Of a DNA stretch of 32,000 nt, positions 9,169 through 18,604 are shown piece after piece. The DNA lies in the NCBI RefSeq assembly GCF_000018465.1, contig NC_010085.1, positions 870,001 through 902,000 of the forward strand. Direction: 5' to 3'. The notes under the pieces are model-generated. The model ran no database searches. It was not told the DNA's origin and saw only the letters and a list, made by a program, of their open reading frames with translations. The DNA is from Nitrosopumilus maritimus SCM1 (GTDB lineage Archaea; Thermoproteota; Nitrososphaeria; Nitrososphaerales; Nitrosopumilaceae). The number at the start of each line of letters is the position of its first letter. Positions within the stretch are counted from its first letter, which is position 1. The position numbers and the translations under genes are program-made.

Positions 9169-9972
9169 CTAACTATGTGTTATATCCTTTCCACAGTGAG
9201 GACAAGTGTTATTTTTCTGCTCTTTTCTTTTTCTCAATTCTTCTGTAAATGCAGATGCCATGATACCTGTCGGAATAGCATATACTGCGATTCCCAAAAT
9301 AGCTACTATACTACCGACAATTTTTCCCATGAGAGTTATTGGATAAGTATCCCCATATCCAATTGTAGTTAAAGTAATGATTCCCCACCACATAGATGCA
9401 GGAATACTTGAGAAAATCTCTGGTTGAGCATCTTTTTCTGCATGATACATCAGGCTAGATGCAAAAATAAGAACAACAAACAGGATGAAAAATGCGACAG
9501 ACAAATCTCCTGCTTTTGCCTTAAAGACATTACCCAGAGTCTGCATAGAGTCAGAATATCTTGCGAGTTTGAACAATCTAAATAATCTCAAAAGTCGTAT
9601 TATTCTGATGAATCTAATATCCATAACCACAAATGGTAAGAAGAATGGCAATATGGCTGCTAAATCAACTAGCATCATAGGAGTAAAGACAAATCGTAGA
9701 ATTCCAAATTTTTTGTTTTGATATTTTGGGTTTAATTTACAAACAATTATTCTTCCAGCATATTCTAAAGTAAAAACAATTACAGAAAATACTTCAAATG
9801 GAGTGAACAAATAACCATATTCATCCAAAACAGATTCTTCTGTTTCAATAATTACAAAGAGAACATTAACTGAAATTAAAGCTATGATAAAATATTGAAA
9901 TATTTTTGTGATTTTATCATTAGTTGTTCCTTCTAAAATCTCATAGGTTCGTTGAAGTACTTTGTTTGGCAT
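9169..9972 (-). CDS. Voltage-gated K+ channel-like ion channel
   Basis: Arg-rich S4 (DIRFIRIIRLLRLFRLFKLARY) and selectivity filter TTIGYGDTYP; six hydrophobic segments. Confidence 0.9.
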   Translation of the reverse strand: MPNKVLQRTYEILEGTTNDKITKIFQYFIIALISVNVLFVIIETEESVLDEYGYLFTPFEVFSVIVFTLEYAGRIIVCKLNPKYQNKKFGILRFVFTPMMLVDLAAILPFFLPFVVMDIRFIRIIRLLRLFRLFKLARYSDSMQTLGNVFKAKAGDLSVAFFILFVVLIFASSLMYHAEKDAQPEIFSSIPASMWWGIITLTTIGYGDTYPITLMGKIVGSIVAILGIAVYAIPTGIMASAFTEELRKRKEQKNNTCPHCGKDITHS

Positions 9973-9975
9973 ATG

Positions 9976-11619
9976 TTACAACCATTGTTTTTTCTTAAAC
10001 CACGCAAGCATTGCCATTACAATTATTACCATTACAAAAATCATAACAAAATAACTGCCCTCCCATTCTAATTCAGGAATGTATTGAAAGTTTGTACCAT
10101 AAATTCCAGCAATGAATGTTATTGGAATGAAGATGCTTGCAATTATTGTCAATGTTTTCATGATTTCATTCATTTTATTACTCACACTAGACAGATAGGT
10201 ATCCAACATTCCCCCAATCATATCTCTTAGTCCTTCAATGTTATCCATAACTTGAACAGTATGACCATAAACATCACGAAGGTATCTTTTTGTTCTGTCT
10301 TCAATTAATTCAGAATCAGTTCTCTCCAAACTATCAATCACCTCACGTAGAGGCCAAATGGACTTTCTTAGAACCACCATTTCTCGTTTGAGCGTATGAA
10401 TTACTTCTAATGTTTGAGCAGTAGGATTTGACATTAATTCTTCTTCAAGGACTTCAGTCCTGGCTCCAATGTGTTCCATAACTACGTAAAAGTGGTCTAT
10501 TACTGCATCAATTAGAGCATAAGCAAGATAATCGCTCTTCTTGGTTCTTAATGCGCCTATAGACTTTTCAAGTCTCTCTCTAATTGGATTAAAGACATCA
10601 TCTTCGGTCTCTTGGAAAGATATGACAAAATCTTTTCCCAAAATAAGACTGATCTGCTCCATGAATAATTTTCCTTCATTTGTAATATGAGGTAGTTTTA
10701 AGATCAAAAACAAATTTTCATCTTGGGCGTCTAGTTTGGGTCTTAGTTGTGTGTTCATGATATCGGCTTGTGTAAGGATATGTAGATTATAGTATTGACC
10801 AATTTTCCTAATAAGATCTGGGTTATGAAGTCCTACAATATTGGTCCAAGAAACAAGGGAGTTGTCATGAGTGTTTAAGCAATCATCAATATTTTCAAAA
10901 TCTTTTACGGTGTGATTATTCACATCATATTCAATTTGTTGAATTAATACTTTCTTGACATGCTGTTCACCAACATGCACTAGTGCTCCAGGTTGAAGTC
11001 CAACGGTATCAGATAATGTCGTAACATCATCATCTTTTTTTGACATTAATTTTGAAAATTTGGAAAATTCTGAAATATCAACTTTCTTTGTCAACTCTTT
11101 AACTTTTGCAGTTTTACTAGCAACACCAACTATTATGAATCCAGCAATAATTGAAAATACAATACTTACAACAAGAGGTATAAAATCCCCGTTACTTGCA
11201 GCAGCATAAATAGCCTGAACATCAGTTGCAGAATCAATTTTTACTATAGAGCCAAGTATTGAATCAAGTAAGAAAAACAAGAAAGAGATTATTGCACCAA
11301 TCACAATTGCAGTAACAGCAGTTATTTTTGGAGGGATGTCAATGTCTGGTTCATTTTTGTAAGGAGAGATGTATTTTTTGTATCGTACAATTATCAAAGA
11401 AAGAGCAGTAATAATAATTGTAGAAATAATCCACCAGAAGATAAGCAAGTATCCCTGTTCTTTTTCAATGTGTTCAAATCCAGTGATAAGATCTTGAATG
11501 TTTCCAGTTAAAGGAATGGATAACAAAGACGTAGCAACTGCGACAACGATTTGATACAAAAATGCAAAGACAAAGCCATACACAAGTCGATTTACAACCA
11601 AACCAGCTACATTTGTCAA
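9976..11619 (-). CDS. corA: CorA-family divalent cation transporter with an N-terminal membrane extension
   Basis: C-terminal TM pair with ITFIAGIYGTNFQYIPELEW; extra N-terminal hydrophobic segments. Confidence 0.85.
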   Translation of the reverse strand: MTNVAGLVVNRLVYGFVFAFLYQIVVAVATSLLSIPLTGNIQDLITGFEHIEKEQGYLLIFWWIISTIIITALSLIIVRYKKYISPYKNEPDIDIPPKITAVTAIVIGAIISFLFFLLDSILGSIVKIDSATDVQAIYAAASNGDFIPLVVSIVFSIIAGFIIVGVASKTAKVKELTKKVDISEFSKFSKLMSKKDDDVTTLSDTVGLQPGALVHVGEQHVKKVLIQQIEYDVNNHTVKDFENIDDCLNTHDNSLVSWTNIVGLHNPDLIRKIGQYYNLHILTQADIMNTQLRPKLDAQDENLFLILKLPHITNEGKLFMEQISLILGKDFVISFQETEDDVFNPIRERLEKSIGALRTKKSDYLAYALIDAVIDHFYVVMEHIGARTEVLEEELMSNPTAQTLEVIHTLKREMVVLRKSIWPLREVIDSLERTDSELIEDRTKRYLRDVYGHTVQVMDNIEGLRDMIGGMLDTYLSSVSNKMNEIMKTLTIIASIFIPITFIAGIYGTNFQYIPELEWEGSYFVMIFVMVIIVMAMLAWFKKKQWL

Positions 11620-12884
11620 TCTAGATTCTCCTCAAGAGGTTTTTTCTTAGTAATTCGTAAGGAAACAGGTTTGTTTTTTGAAACCTTTTCAACCTTGATT
11701 TCTAATGCATCAATGTTTATGACATTTCCAACTTGAGGAATATCATGAAGTTTCTCATGCAACAAGCCATTTAATGTAGAATAATCATCACCTCTAGGAA
11801 GATTGGATTTGAAGATTTCATTAATCTCGTCTATTTCAATTTCTCCATTTGCAAGAATTACATCATTATTGATTTTTTGATAATGAGGACTCTTTAGATC
11901 AGTCTCATCATGAATTTCGCCAACTATCTCTTCAATAAGATCTTCTAGAGTAACAAGGCCTTCAACGCCACCAAATTCATCAACAACTATGGCCATATGG
12001 GTATTTTTTGCCTGCATTTGTTTGAGAAGTTCGCTCATTCGTTTTTCCTGAGACACATAGATTGGTTCTCTTACAAATTCTCGTAGTTTCATTTTTTGCA
12101 GTTCTTTATCTTTTAGATGTTTGAGAATATCTCTTACATGAAGAATACCAAGTATGTCATCATGATCCTTTCCATATATGGGGATTCTAGAATGACCACT
12201 CTTGTGAATCTTATCTGCAGCTGTAATTAGTTCCATATCTCCATGCAAACTAAACATTCTAGTTCTTGGCATCATTACAGATCTTATCACAGTATCATCA
12301 AATTTGAGAGCACCGTAAAGTAAATCTCGTTCAGATTTTTCTAAAGCTTCATCTCTATGACCCTGAGCAATAATTCCTTTAATTTCATCCTCAGTTAGGG
12401 CAGGAGGTTGATAATCACTTCCAGTTATTTTGATAATTCCACGAGTTATCTTTTCAAGAATCCAAACTGCAGGATAGAAAACATAACTGAATGTTAACAA
12501 AATTCTACTGCATCGTAAAGCAACTTTTGTGGCATTTGCATTACAATAAGTTTTTGGAGTTACTTCACCAAATATTATTACAAGAAAAGTCATAATACCA
12601 ACTGCAATTCCCACTCCGTTATCTCCAAAAATTTCAATTGCAACTATAGTAGCAAGGGATGCAGAGCCTATATTGACAAGATTATTTCCAAGATTGACAC
12701 TAGACATCATCCATCCAGGATTGGCCTTTAATTTCTGAAGAGATTTTGCGCCCTTTACATTATCTTTGACGAGTCTCTCAATTGTGGCTTGACTTGTACC
12801 CACAAGTGCAACTTCAAGACCACTGAAAAAACCAGAAAGACCAATTAGACCTGCAAGTGCAGCTAGTTGATATTCTAAGCTCAA
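11616..12884 (-). CDS. CNNM/HlyC-CorC family transporter (DUF21 + CBS pair + CorC_HlyC domain)
   Basis: SGFFSGLEVALVGTS, VIRSVMMPRTRMFSL, HSRIPIYGKDHDDILGILHVRDIL, VDEFGGVEGLVTLEDLIEEIVGEI. Confidence 0.93.
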   Translation of the reverse strand: MSLEYQLAALAGLIGLSGFFSGLEVALVGTSQATIERLVKDNVKGAKSLQKLKANPGWMMSSVNLGNNLVNIGSASLATIVAIEIFGDNGVGIAVGIMTFLVIIFGEVTPKTYCNANATKVALRCSRILLTFSYVFYPAVWILEKITRGIIKITGSDYQPPALTEDEIKGIIAQGHRDEALEKSERDLLYGALKFDDTVIRSVMMPRTRMFSLHGDMELITAADKIHKSGHSRIPIYGKDHDDILGILHVRDILKHLKDKELQKMKLREFVREPIYVSQEKRMSELLKQMQAKNTHMAIVVDEFGGVEGLVTLEDLIEEIVGEIHDETDLKSPHYQKINNDVILANGEIEIDEINEIFKSNLPRGDDYSTLNGLLHEKLHDIPQVGNVINIDALEIKVEKVSKNKPVSLRITKKKPLEENLD

Positions 12885-15049
12885 TTTCCACTACACCTAT
12901 ACAACACAGATGCAAGCAGAGCAGAACGTTCTGTGATGCTATCATGAAGTATGTATTCTTGTGTAGAGCGATATTTGTGACCAACAGGACCAAACCCATC
13001 TAGTGCAGGCAATCTTGAAGGCACATTACTAATATCTGAGGACATTATCTGTTCATGGCGTCTTATTTTTAATTCATGTTTTTTAGCCAAATCTTCTACT
13101 TGCTCGTAGAATTTTTTATCAGATTCTTCTTCAATGACTGGAGGTCTTGTTTGTATTTGATTAATTGCAACTTCCAAATTTTTTTGTCCGGATTCTTTTT
13201 TTTGCATAATAGTTCGAATTTTAGAATCCATTGTTTTACCTAATGCAGGAGTTTTAAAACTACAAACTATAGATAACGTTGCATAATTTGGCGCATGGCC
13301 ATGAGTGCCTTGAGCTATAACAGATGTTGTTCTCAGACGATAATTTTTTTCATCTTTTGAAAGTTTTTCAATTGCTGTAATCTTTTTACCAAGTATAGGA
13401 ATTATTCCATGAATATCAGAGGATGTGGAATTAGGAGTGGTGAATCGAATTTGATAGTCATTTCTTCCATAACAAGTAGTAATTATACCTCCATCTTTGC
13501 TTGCAGATTTTAATCCTATAACATACTTTGATTTTTTAGAATATTGTTGGACAAGTTTTTTACTAAAACGTCCGCCTAGACTATCATCGGTTGTAAGCAA
13601 GACACCACATTTTATTTTCTTTAGACGTTTTGCAAAGCGTAAAGCATGCAATGCACCCAGCATTACAGTTAGACCGCCCTTACTTTCAGCTATTCCTGAA
13701 CCGTAAATCCTATCATCATCTTCAAAATACGAGATTAAATCATTTGGACCATAATGAGTATCCATATGAGATATTATCAGAACATCGTTTTTCTCATCCT
13801 CATGGTTCTTAAAATAATGAAAATCTCCAATCTCAAACTGCCTGTGCAAATGCTCAGAGAAGCCCAAGTGTTTCATCCTCCTAGACAACATTGTGCCTAA
13901 TTTGTTTACATTATCGATGTTATGTACATGCGTATTCAAGTTAACAAAATCTTTCAAAGTGTCTTTTTGGTTTTGTAGGTGACTTCTCAGATAAGTGCGT
14001 GCAACAATCCGCAGTGGTTGTGTAAGGTCAGGTTCATGTTCAGTTTCAGGCAATTGAGACGAACCAAAATATCTCATGGTTGCAACGTCTAAAATTTTAT
14101 TGATTAAAGATTCGTAAGTGTATCCAGCTGTTTTTGCGGCATAAAACAAAGAACCACCCATTCCCAAACTCGCCATGGAATTTAGTTCTAGAATGTAGAT
14201 ATTCTCATCTTTATCCATTCTAAAGTCAACTCTAGTATAGTCATTAAGACCCAAAGCTGTGAATGCATCAATGCAAATCTTTTTCATATATTCTGTTTTT
14301 TCTTTGGATAATTTTGCAGGACATGTTTTATCAACACCACCTGTTTTCTTTTTATCTGAAATTGTTTGAATTTTGTCAGGATCTCCAAGATTAATTTCAA
14401 CGATTGGAAGAACCTCAATGTTTGGACTGTTCCCAATTAATCCTACTGCAAACTCTCGTCCAGAGATAAATTGTTCTACTAGAATGTCTTGTTGATATTT
14501 TTCAATCTGAACTTTGACAGCATTTCGCAAATCATCCCAATTATCAACTACTTCCATTCCCATAGAAGTTGATTCTAGTTTTGGTTTTACAATTACGGGG
14601 AAAACTAGATCATCAAATTTATCGTCTGGTGTCTTGAATACCCAAAAACCAGGGGTTGGGATATTATTTTTTTGAAGAACAATTTTGGTCATCACCTTAT
14701 CTTGTACAATTGCATGACCTGCAGGACCAGAGCCAATGTAAGGAATCCCAAGCATCTCCATCATGGCTGGAACATGTGTGTACCTATTTTGCCCTTGAAT
14801 TCCATATGCCATATTGAAAACCATCCCTGGCTTTTCGCCTGAAACTACTTTGGGCATAAACTCACGTAATTCATCAGCAAGATGGATATCACCTTCAATA
14901 ACTTTGACAGAATGACCTCCTTTCTCTAATGCTCTTGCAACTCTTTCAACAGCTTTTGAGCTGTAATGCTCTTTTGTTGTCATTCCAAAAACATTGATGA
15001 CATCATTTGGATCTATCTTCTTTTCATTATAGATTAGTGATACTTTCAT
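12881..15049 (-). CDS. ATP-grasp (D-Ala-D-Ala ligase-like) protein fused to a divergent M20-type peptidase-like domain
   Basis: GIPYIGSGPAGHAIVQDKVMTKIVLQKNNIPTPGF and YTRVDFRMDKDENIYILELNSMASLG (ATP-grasp); IISHMDTHYGP...YGSGIAESKGGLTVMLGALHAL...LLTTDDSLGG (M20-like). The ORF track starts at 15112, but M22 (MKVSLIYNEKK) at 15049 fits the family and avoids overlap with the upstream zinc ribbon. Confidence 0.85.
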   Translation of the reverse strand: MKVSLIYNEKKIDPNDVINVFGMTTKEHYSSKAVERVARALEKGGHSVKVIEGDIHLADELREFMPKVVSGEKPGMVFNMAYGIQGQNRYTHVPAMMEMLGIPYIGSGPAGHAIVQDKVMTKIVLQKNNIPTPGFWVFKTPDDKFDDLVFPVIVKPKLESTSMGMEVVDNWDDLRNAVKVQIEKYQQDILVEQFISGREFAVGLIGNSPNIEVLPIVEINLGDPDKIQTISDKKKTGGVDKTCPAKLSKEKTEYMKKICIDAFTALGLNDYTRVDFRMDKDENIYILELNSMASLGMGGSLFYAAKTAGYTYESLINKILDVATMRYFGSSQLPETEHEPDLTQPLRIVARTYLRSHLQNQKDTLKDFVNLNTHVHNIDNVNKLGTMLSRRMKHLGFSEHLHRQFEIGDFHYFKNHEDEKNDVLIISHMDTHYGPNDLISYFEDDDRIYGSGIAESKGGLTVMLGALHALRFAKRLKKIKCGVLLTTDDSLGGRFSKKLVQQYSKKSKYVIGLKSASKDGGIITTCYGRNDYQIRFTTPNSTSSDIHGIIPILGKKITAIEKLSKDEKNYRLRTTSVIAQGTHGHAPNYATLSIVCSFKTPALGKTMDSKIRTIMQKKESGQKNLEVAINQIQTRPPVIEEESDKKFYEQVEDLAKKHELKIRRHEQIMSSDISNVPSRLPALDGFGPVGHKYRSTQEYILHDSITERSALLASVLYRCSGN

Positions 15050-15084
15050 GAGATATTCACAATATTTTTTGATTGTATTTAATT

Positions 15085-15246
15085 TTAATTTGGTTGGGAT
15101 TTGAGAATCCATGCCTGTTCATTGACATCATGACATTTGCAGTCAGGAGCCTTACCTTTACAGTTTTTTTGGTGTAACTTTGCATCACATTTGTTACAGT
15201 CAGGATCTCTCCAACTTGCTTGATTTCCACAATTCGGGCATCGCAT
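15085..15246 (-). CDS. Small zinc-ribbon protein (53 aa)
   Basis: MRCPNCGNQASWRDPDCNKCDAKLHQKNCKGKAPDCKCHDVNEQAWILKSQPN; ATG...TAA in a different frame from the listed 79-aa ORF at 15057-15296. Confidence 0.7.
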   Translation of the reverse strand: MRCPNCGNQASWRDPDCNKCDAKLHQKNCKGKAPDCKCHDVNEQAWILKSQPN

Positions 15247-15568
15247 ATATTTTGATATTTCTTTAATGCTTTAAAGAATGATGTTTTTGAGTTCATACAA
15301 AAACCAAATAACTAGTTGTTTTAATTCAGATCCAAGTCAACTAAAATGAAACAAAAAATGGCATCATACAACTAATTATCCAAATACTGCACACCTATGA
15401 TTAAATAAAAAAGTGTCAAGTGTTTGTCAATGAATTTTCAGATATGAAATTAACTACTTTTTTGAAGAATTACTATCATGGTAAAAGAATTCTTTGAATT
15501 CATCTGGGATTTGGTCTCAGGAAACTAATTTTTCTTTTTTTCTAATTGTTATGTTACAACAGATTTGA

Positions 15569-16492
15569 TCAAGTTCCGTTATTGTCCTTTGATTTTTTTA
15601 CCTCGTCTTGCAGTTTTTTCTCCACATCATCAGTCTCTTTTTCTATTTTTTTCTCAATATCATTTGTTTCTTCTTCTATTTTCTTTTCAATATTTTCAGT
15701 TTCTTTTTCTATCTTCTTTTCAATTTCATCAGTTTCCTTATCTATCTTCTTTTCTAGATCTTCTTGTTTATCTTCTATTTTTTCTACATGGATTTTGATT
15801 TTTTCATCTATTTGTTTTTCAATTTGTTCTTCTAATTTTTCTTCTGCAACAGGCAAAATTTTTCGTTTTATCAAGAACAAAATTCGTAAAAATGCCTCAA
15901 CGATAATTGCATATGTAACAAATCCTAGGATTTTTCCTAAAAATGGAAGGAATCCAAATGTTCGTTCTGCCACATCTTCTGCAGTAAAGAAAATACTACT
16001 AGTAAGGAAGATACCCAATAATGCAAAGGGTATTAATTTTGCAAAATCCTTTGCAAGATCTTCTTTGTAGTATGCAGATATTCTAACAGTTACTACCAAT
16101 GAAATTACAATTAGAAATACATGTTCTATTGGCAAATCTGGTGCCATAAAGAACAAAAATGTAGAATAAACTACAAACCAAACTAGAACAACCAGAGGAA
16201 ATACAACAACATATTTTACAAAATAGACAATAATCGAAGTGATCTTTTTTCCATCTGTCTCATATTTTTTTAGACGTAAAGGAATCATTTCACGTCTTGC
16301 AAGGAATCTGTAAAAATTCCAGATAAAAATTCCATATACAACCATCCCTATGGAATATCCTATCAAATCAGTGAAGGACACATCTGTTCCAAATTGACTT
16401 GTGATATTTTCAAAATCAGTAAAGTATGTGATTATGTTTTCATCTATTGTAATTCCTGCAAACGTAAAAAGACCGAAAATTAGGGCAAACAT
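15569..16492 (-). CDS. Membrane protein with long C-terminal coiled coil
   Basis: Multiple hydrophobic segments followed by an EKKIEKETENIEKKIEEET... repeat region. Confidence 0.8.
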   Translation of the reverse strand: MFALIFGLFTFAGITIDENIITYFTDFENITSQFGTDVSFTDLIGYSIGMVVYGIFIWNFYRFLARREMIPLRLKKYETDGKKITSIIVYFVKYVVVFPLVVLVWFVVYSTFLFFMAPDLPIEHVFLIVISLVVTVRISAYYKEDLAKDFAKLIPFALLGIFLTSSIFFTAEDVAERTFGFLPFLGKILGFVTYAIIVEAFLRILFLIKRKILPVAEEKLEEQIEKQIDEKIKIHVEKIEDKQEDLEKKIDKETDEIEKKIEKETENIEKKIEEETNDIEKKIEKETDDVEKKLQDEVKKSKDNNGT

Positions 16493-16581
16493 AATGTAGT
16501 GTGTCTCAGTAAATATTTAACTTAACTTAGTGGTCAACCATTAAGCCAAATTACATGTATTATTTTTAGAGACTTTTTTGT

Positions 16582-16962
16582 TTATTTTGAAATAAACTTG
16601 TCATCGCTTGCAGAATGCTCTTTTGATAGATGCTCCATAAATTCTGCTTCTACATATGTCTTAAAATTACATAATGCACACCTGTAATCTCGTTTTCCTA
16701 ACAGAGCTTTTGCTTGAGATGCAGCTCTTGCAACAAAAATTGTCAGAACAACTGCAATCATGGTTACAATAATTGCGTAAACTATCATTGGTCCTACTTG
16801 ATCAGTTGGTCCAAAGTACTCACGAAACAACGCCTTGATTGCTTCATTCCAAGCAAGTGCGGCTACCAAACCAAAGGCTGCAGCAATGAGTGCAGCAATC
16901 TTGTCTAAAATTTCATGTTTGATAGATGTTGATTCGGGTTCATCTGCCATGAAAAAACTCAT
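16582..16962 (-). CDS. Two-TM-type membrane protein with C-terminal C2H2 zinc finger
   Basis: IAALIAAAFGLVAALAWNEAIKALF and GPMIVYAIIVTMIAVVLTIFVARA hydrophobic segments, then YRCALCNFKTYVEAEFMEHLSKEH. Confidence 0.8.
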   Translation of the reverse strand: MSFFMADEPESTSIKHEILDKIAALIAAAFGLVAALAWNEAIKALFREYFGPTDQVGPMIVYAIIVTMIAVVLTIFVARAASQAKALLGKRDYRCALCNFKTYVEAEFMEHLSKEHSASDDKFISK

Positions 16963-16989
16963 TTGAAATTAAATAAATATCATTCTGGG

Positions 16990-17979
16990 TTATTCAATGA
17001 CTCTGATTAGTTCTTTTAGATGTCTTCTTGACTTTGGTGGTTTTTTCTTATCAGGATAACCAATGCAAAGAATAGATGATGGTCTCAAGTCAGTTCCAAG
17101 AATCTTCTTTACTTTTTCTTCATCAAACATTCCTATCCAAATGGTACTTAATCCAACACCTGAAGCGGCTAACAAGGAAAATGTTGCAGCTATTGTTGCA
17201 TCCTGCAAAGAAAACTTGTCTAATATTTCAGGAGGAAATTTCAATTTCACTCGGGATGGATCTGTACAAAACACCAGTACAACTGGTGCGTTGACATAAG
17301 GTTGCTTGTTTGCAGCCTCTACAAGGGCTTCTTTTGTTTTTTTATTTTTTATCAAAAATACTTGGAAACCTTGAAAGTTTCCTGCAGTAGGTGCAACATC
17401 AGCTGCCGAAAGAATCTTGTCAATCTTCCAATCCTCAACCTTTGTTTTGTCAAATTTCCTTGTTGAGCGTCTAGTTGCAAATACCCTAAACAAATCAGTA
17501 GGAGACAAGTCTTGCCTAATTTTTTCAGGTTCTGAAGACAGGATAGCTTGAATCAAAGATTTTTTTGGATCTTTGATAGAAATTTCTCTTTGTACTTTAT
17601 CGTCATCTCGAATCCATATAGAGGGATAGAACTCTTTTGTTCCAATGTAGACATACTGGGGTTCATGTGGGACTTTGGCATACTCTAAAACGTCTTCTTG
17701 AATTTGATTTGTGTCTACCTCTAACAATCCATGATTACTCAAATTAAACTGAGTAACATCAGAATTCACTCGAATATAGCTTGATTGATCTTCTAATTCC
17801 ACTTCACCAACAGAGTTTTTTTTAAAAAGTTCTACAAGATTTGATAATTCATTTTTGTTTAGTATTACGACATCAGTGTCATCCTCATCAACCCCTTCCC
17901 ATACAATTCGACATCCATCTTTTGTTGTGTAAGAGGGCTCAATTGCTTTGTATTTCACAACACTTGATATATCAAACAT
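16990..17979 (-). CDS. Nitroreductase-family protein with an additional N-terminal domain
   Basis: FATRRSTRKFDKTKVEDWKIDKILSAADVAPTAGNFQGFQVFLI and AATIAATFSLLAASGVGLSTIWIGMFDEEKVKKILG...ILCIGYPD. Confidence 0.9.
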   Translation of the reverse strand: MFDISSVVKYKAIEPSYTTKDGCRIVWEGVDEDDTDVVILNKNELSNLVELFKKNSVGEVELEDQSSYIRVNSDVTQFNLSNHGLLEVDTNQIQEDVLEYAKVPHEPQYVYIGTKEFYPSIWIRDDDKVQREISIKDPKKSLIQAILSSEPEKIRQDLSPTDLFRVFATRRSTRKFDKTKVEDWKIDKILSAADVAPTAGNFQGFQVFLIKNKKTKEALVEAANKQPYVNAPVVLVFCTDPSRVKLKFPPEILDKFSLQDATIAATFSLLAASGVGLSTIWIGMFDEEKVKKILGTDLRPSSILCIGYPDKKKPPKSRRHLKELIRVIE

Positions 17980-18127
17980 TATAAAAAAGAATTAGATGAT
18001 TTTGATGTCTTTTTCCTTTCACCTCATACATAAAAACACAAAATTTGGGTTATAGTTCTAAAGATTTGATTTATTTTGTTCTTTTGGCAGTCAACAATTT
18101 ATTTAGGAATATCAAAACACACCTGTA

Positions 18128-18601
18128 ATGTATAAAGCCATACTTGTTCCTCATGCAGGAACTCCAGCAGGAGACAATGCACTAAAACATGCAATACATG
18201 CTGCAAAGAATTCATCTGCCAAGATAATAATCCTACACATTATTGAAGAGATTCAAAGGCCACCAATATCATTTGGTCTAGCAGAGTCAGAAAGAGAGAA
18301 AATATTTGACAGTATCAAAGATGCAAATGAATCAATACGTCAAGAGATGGAAAAAGTGATGGAAAAACTTAGTCAACAATGCAATGATGAAAGCATTGAA
18401 ACCAAAGTTAAAGTTGAGATGGGAGATGCAGCTGAGATCATTCTAGATACAATTCAAAATGAGAATATAGATTTAGTCGTAATGGCAAAACGTAGAAAAT
18501 TAAAAGGAGTAAAAAAACTGTTGTCACTAGGAAGCGTATCTAGAAAAGTAGTAGAAAATGTTACTTGTCCGGTTATTTTGCTTGATGTTGATAATACTTA
18601 G
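18128..18601 (+). CDS. Universal stress protein (UspA family)
   Basis: MYKAILVPHAGTPAGDNALKHAIHAA...VEMGDAAEIILDTIQNENIDLVVMAKRRK...LGSVSRKVVENVTCPVILL. Confidence 0.92.
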   Translation: MYKAILVPHAGTPAGDNALKHAIHAAKNSSAKIIILHIIEEIQRPPISFGLAESEREKIFDSIKDANESIRQEMEKVMEKLSQQCNDESIETKVKVEMGDAAEIILDTIQNENIDLVVMAKRRKLKGVKKLLSLGSVSRKVVENVTCPVILLDVDNT

Positions 18602-18604
18602 AAC

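Noticed and set aside
15057-15296. 79-aa minus-strand ORF in the track
   Set aside because: An alternative frame (15085-15246) encodes a convincing zinc ribbon with paired CxxC motifs; the listed frame has no such signal.
15449-15525. Short plus-strand ORF MVKEFFEFIWDLVSGN
   Set aside because: Only 16 codons, with no supporting context.
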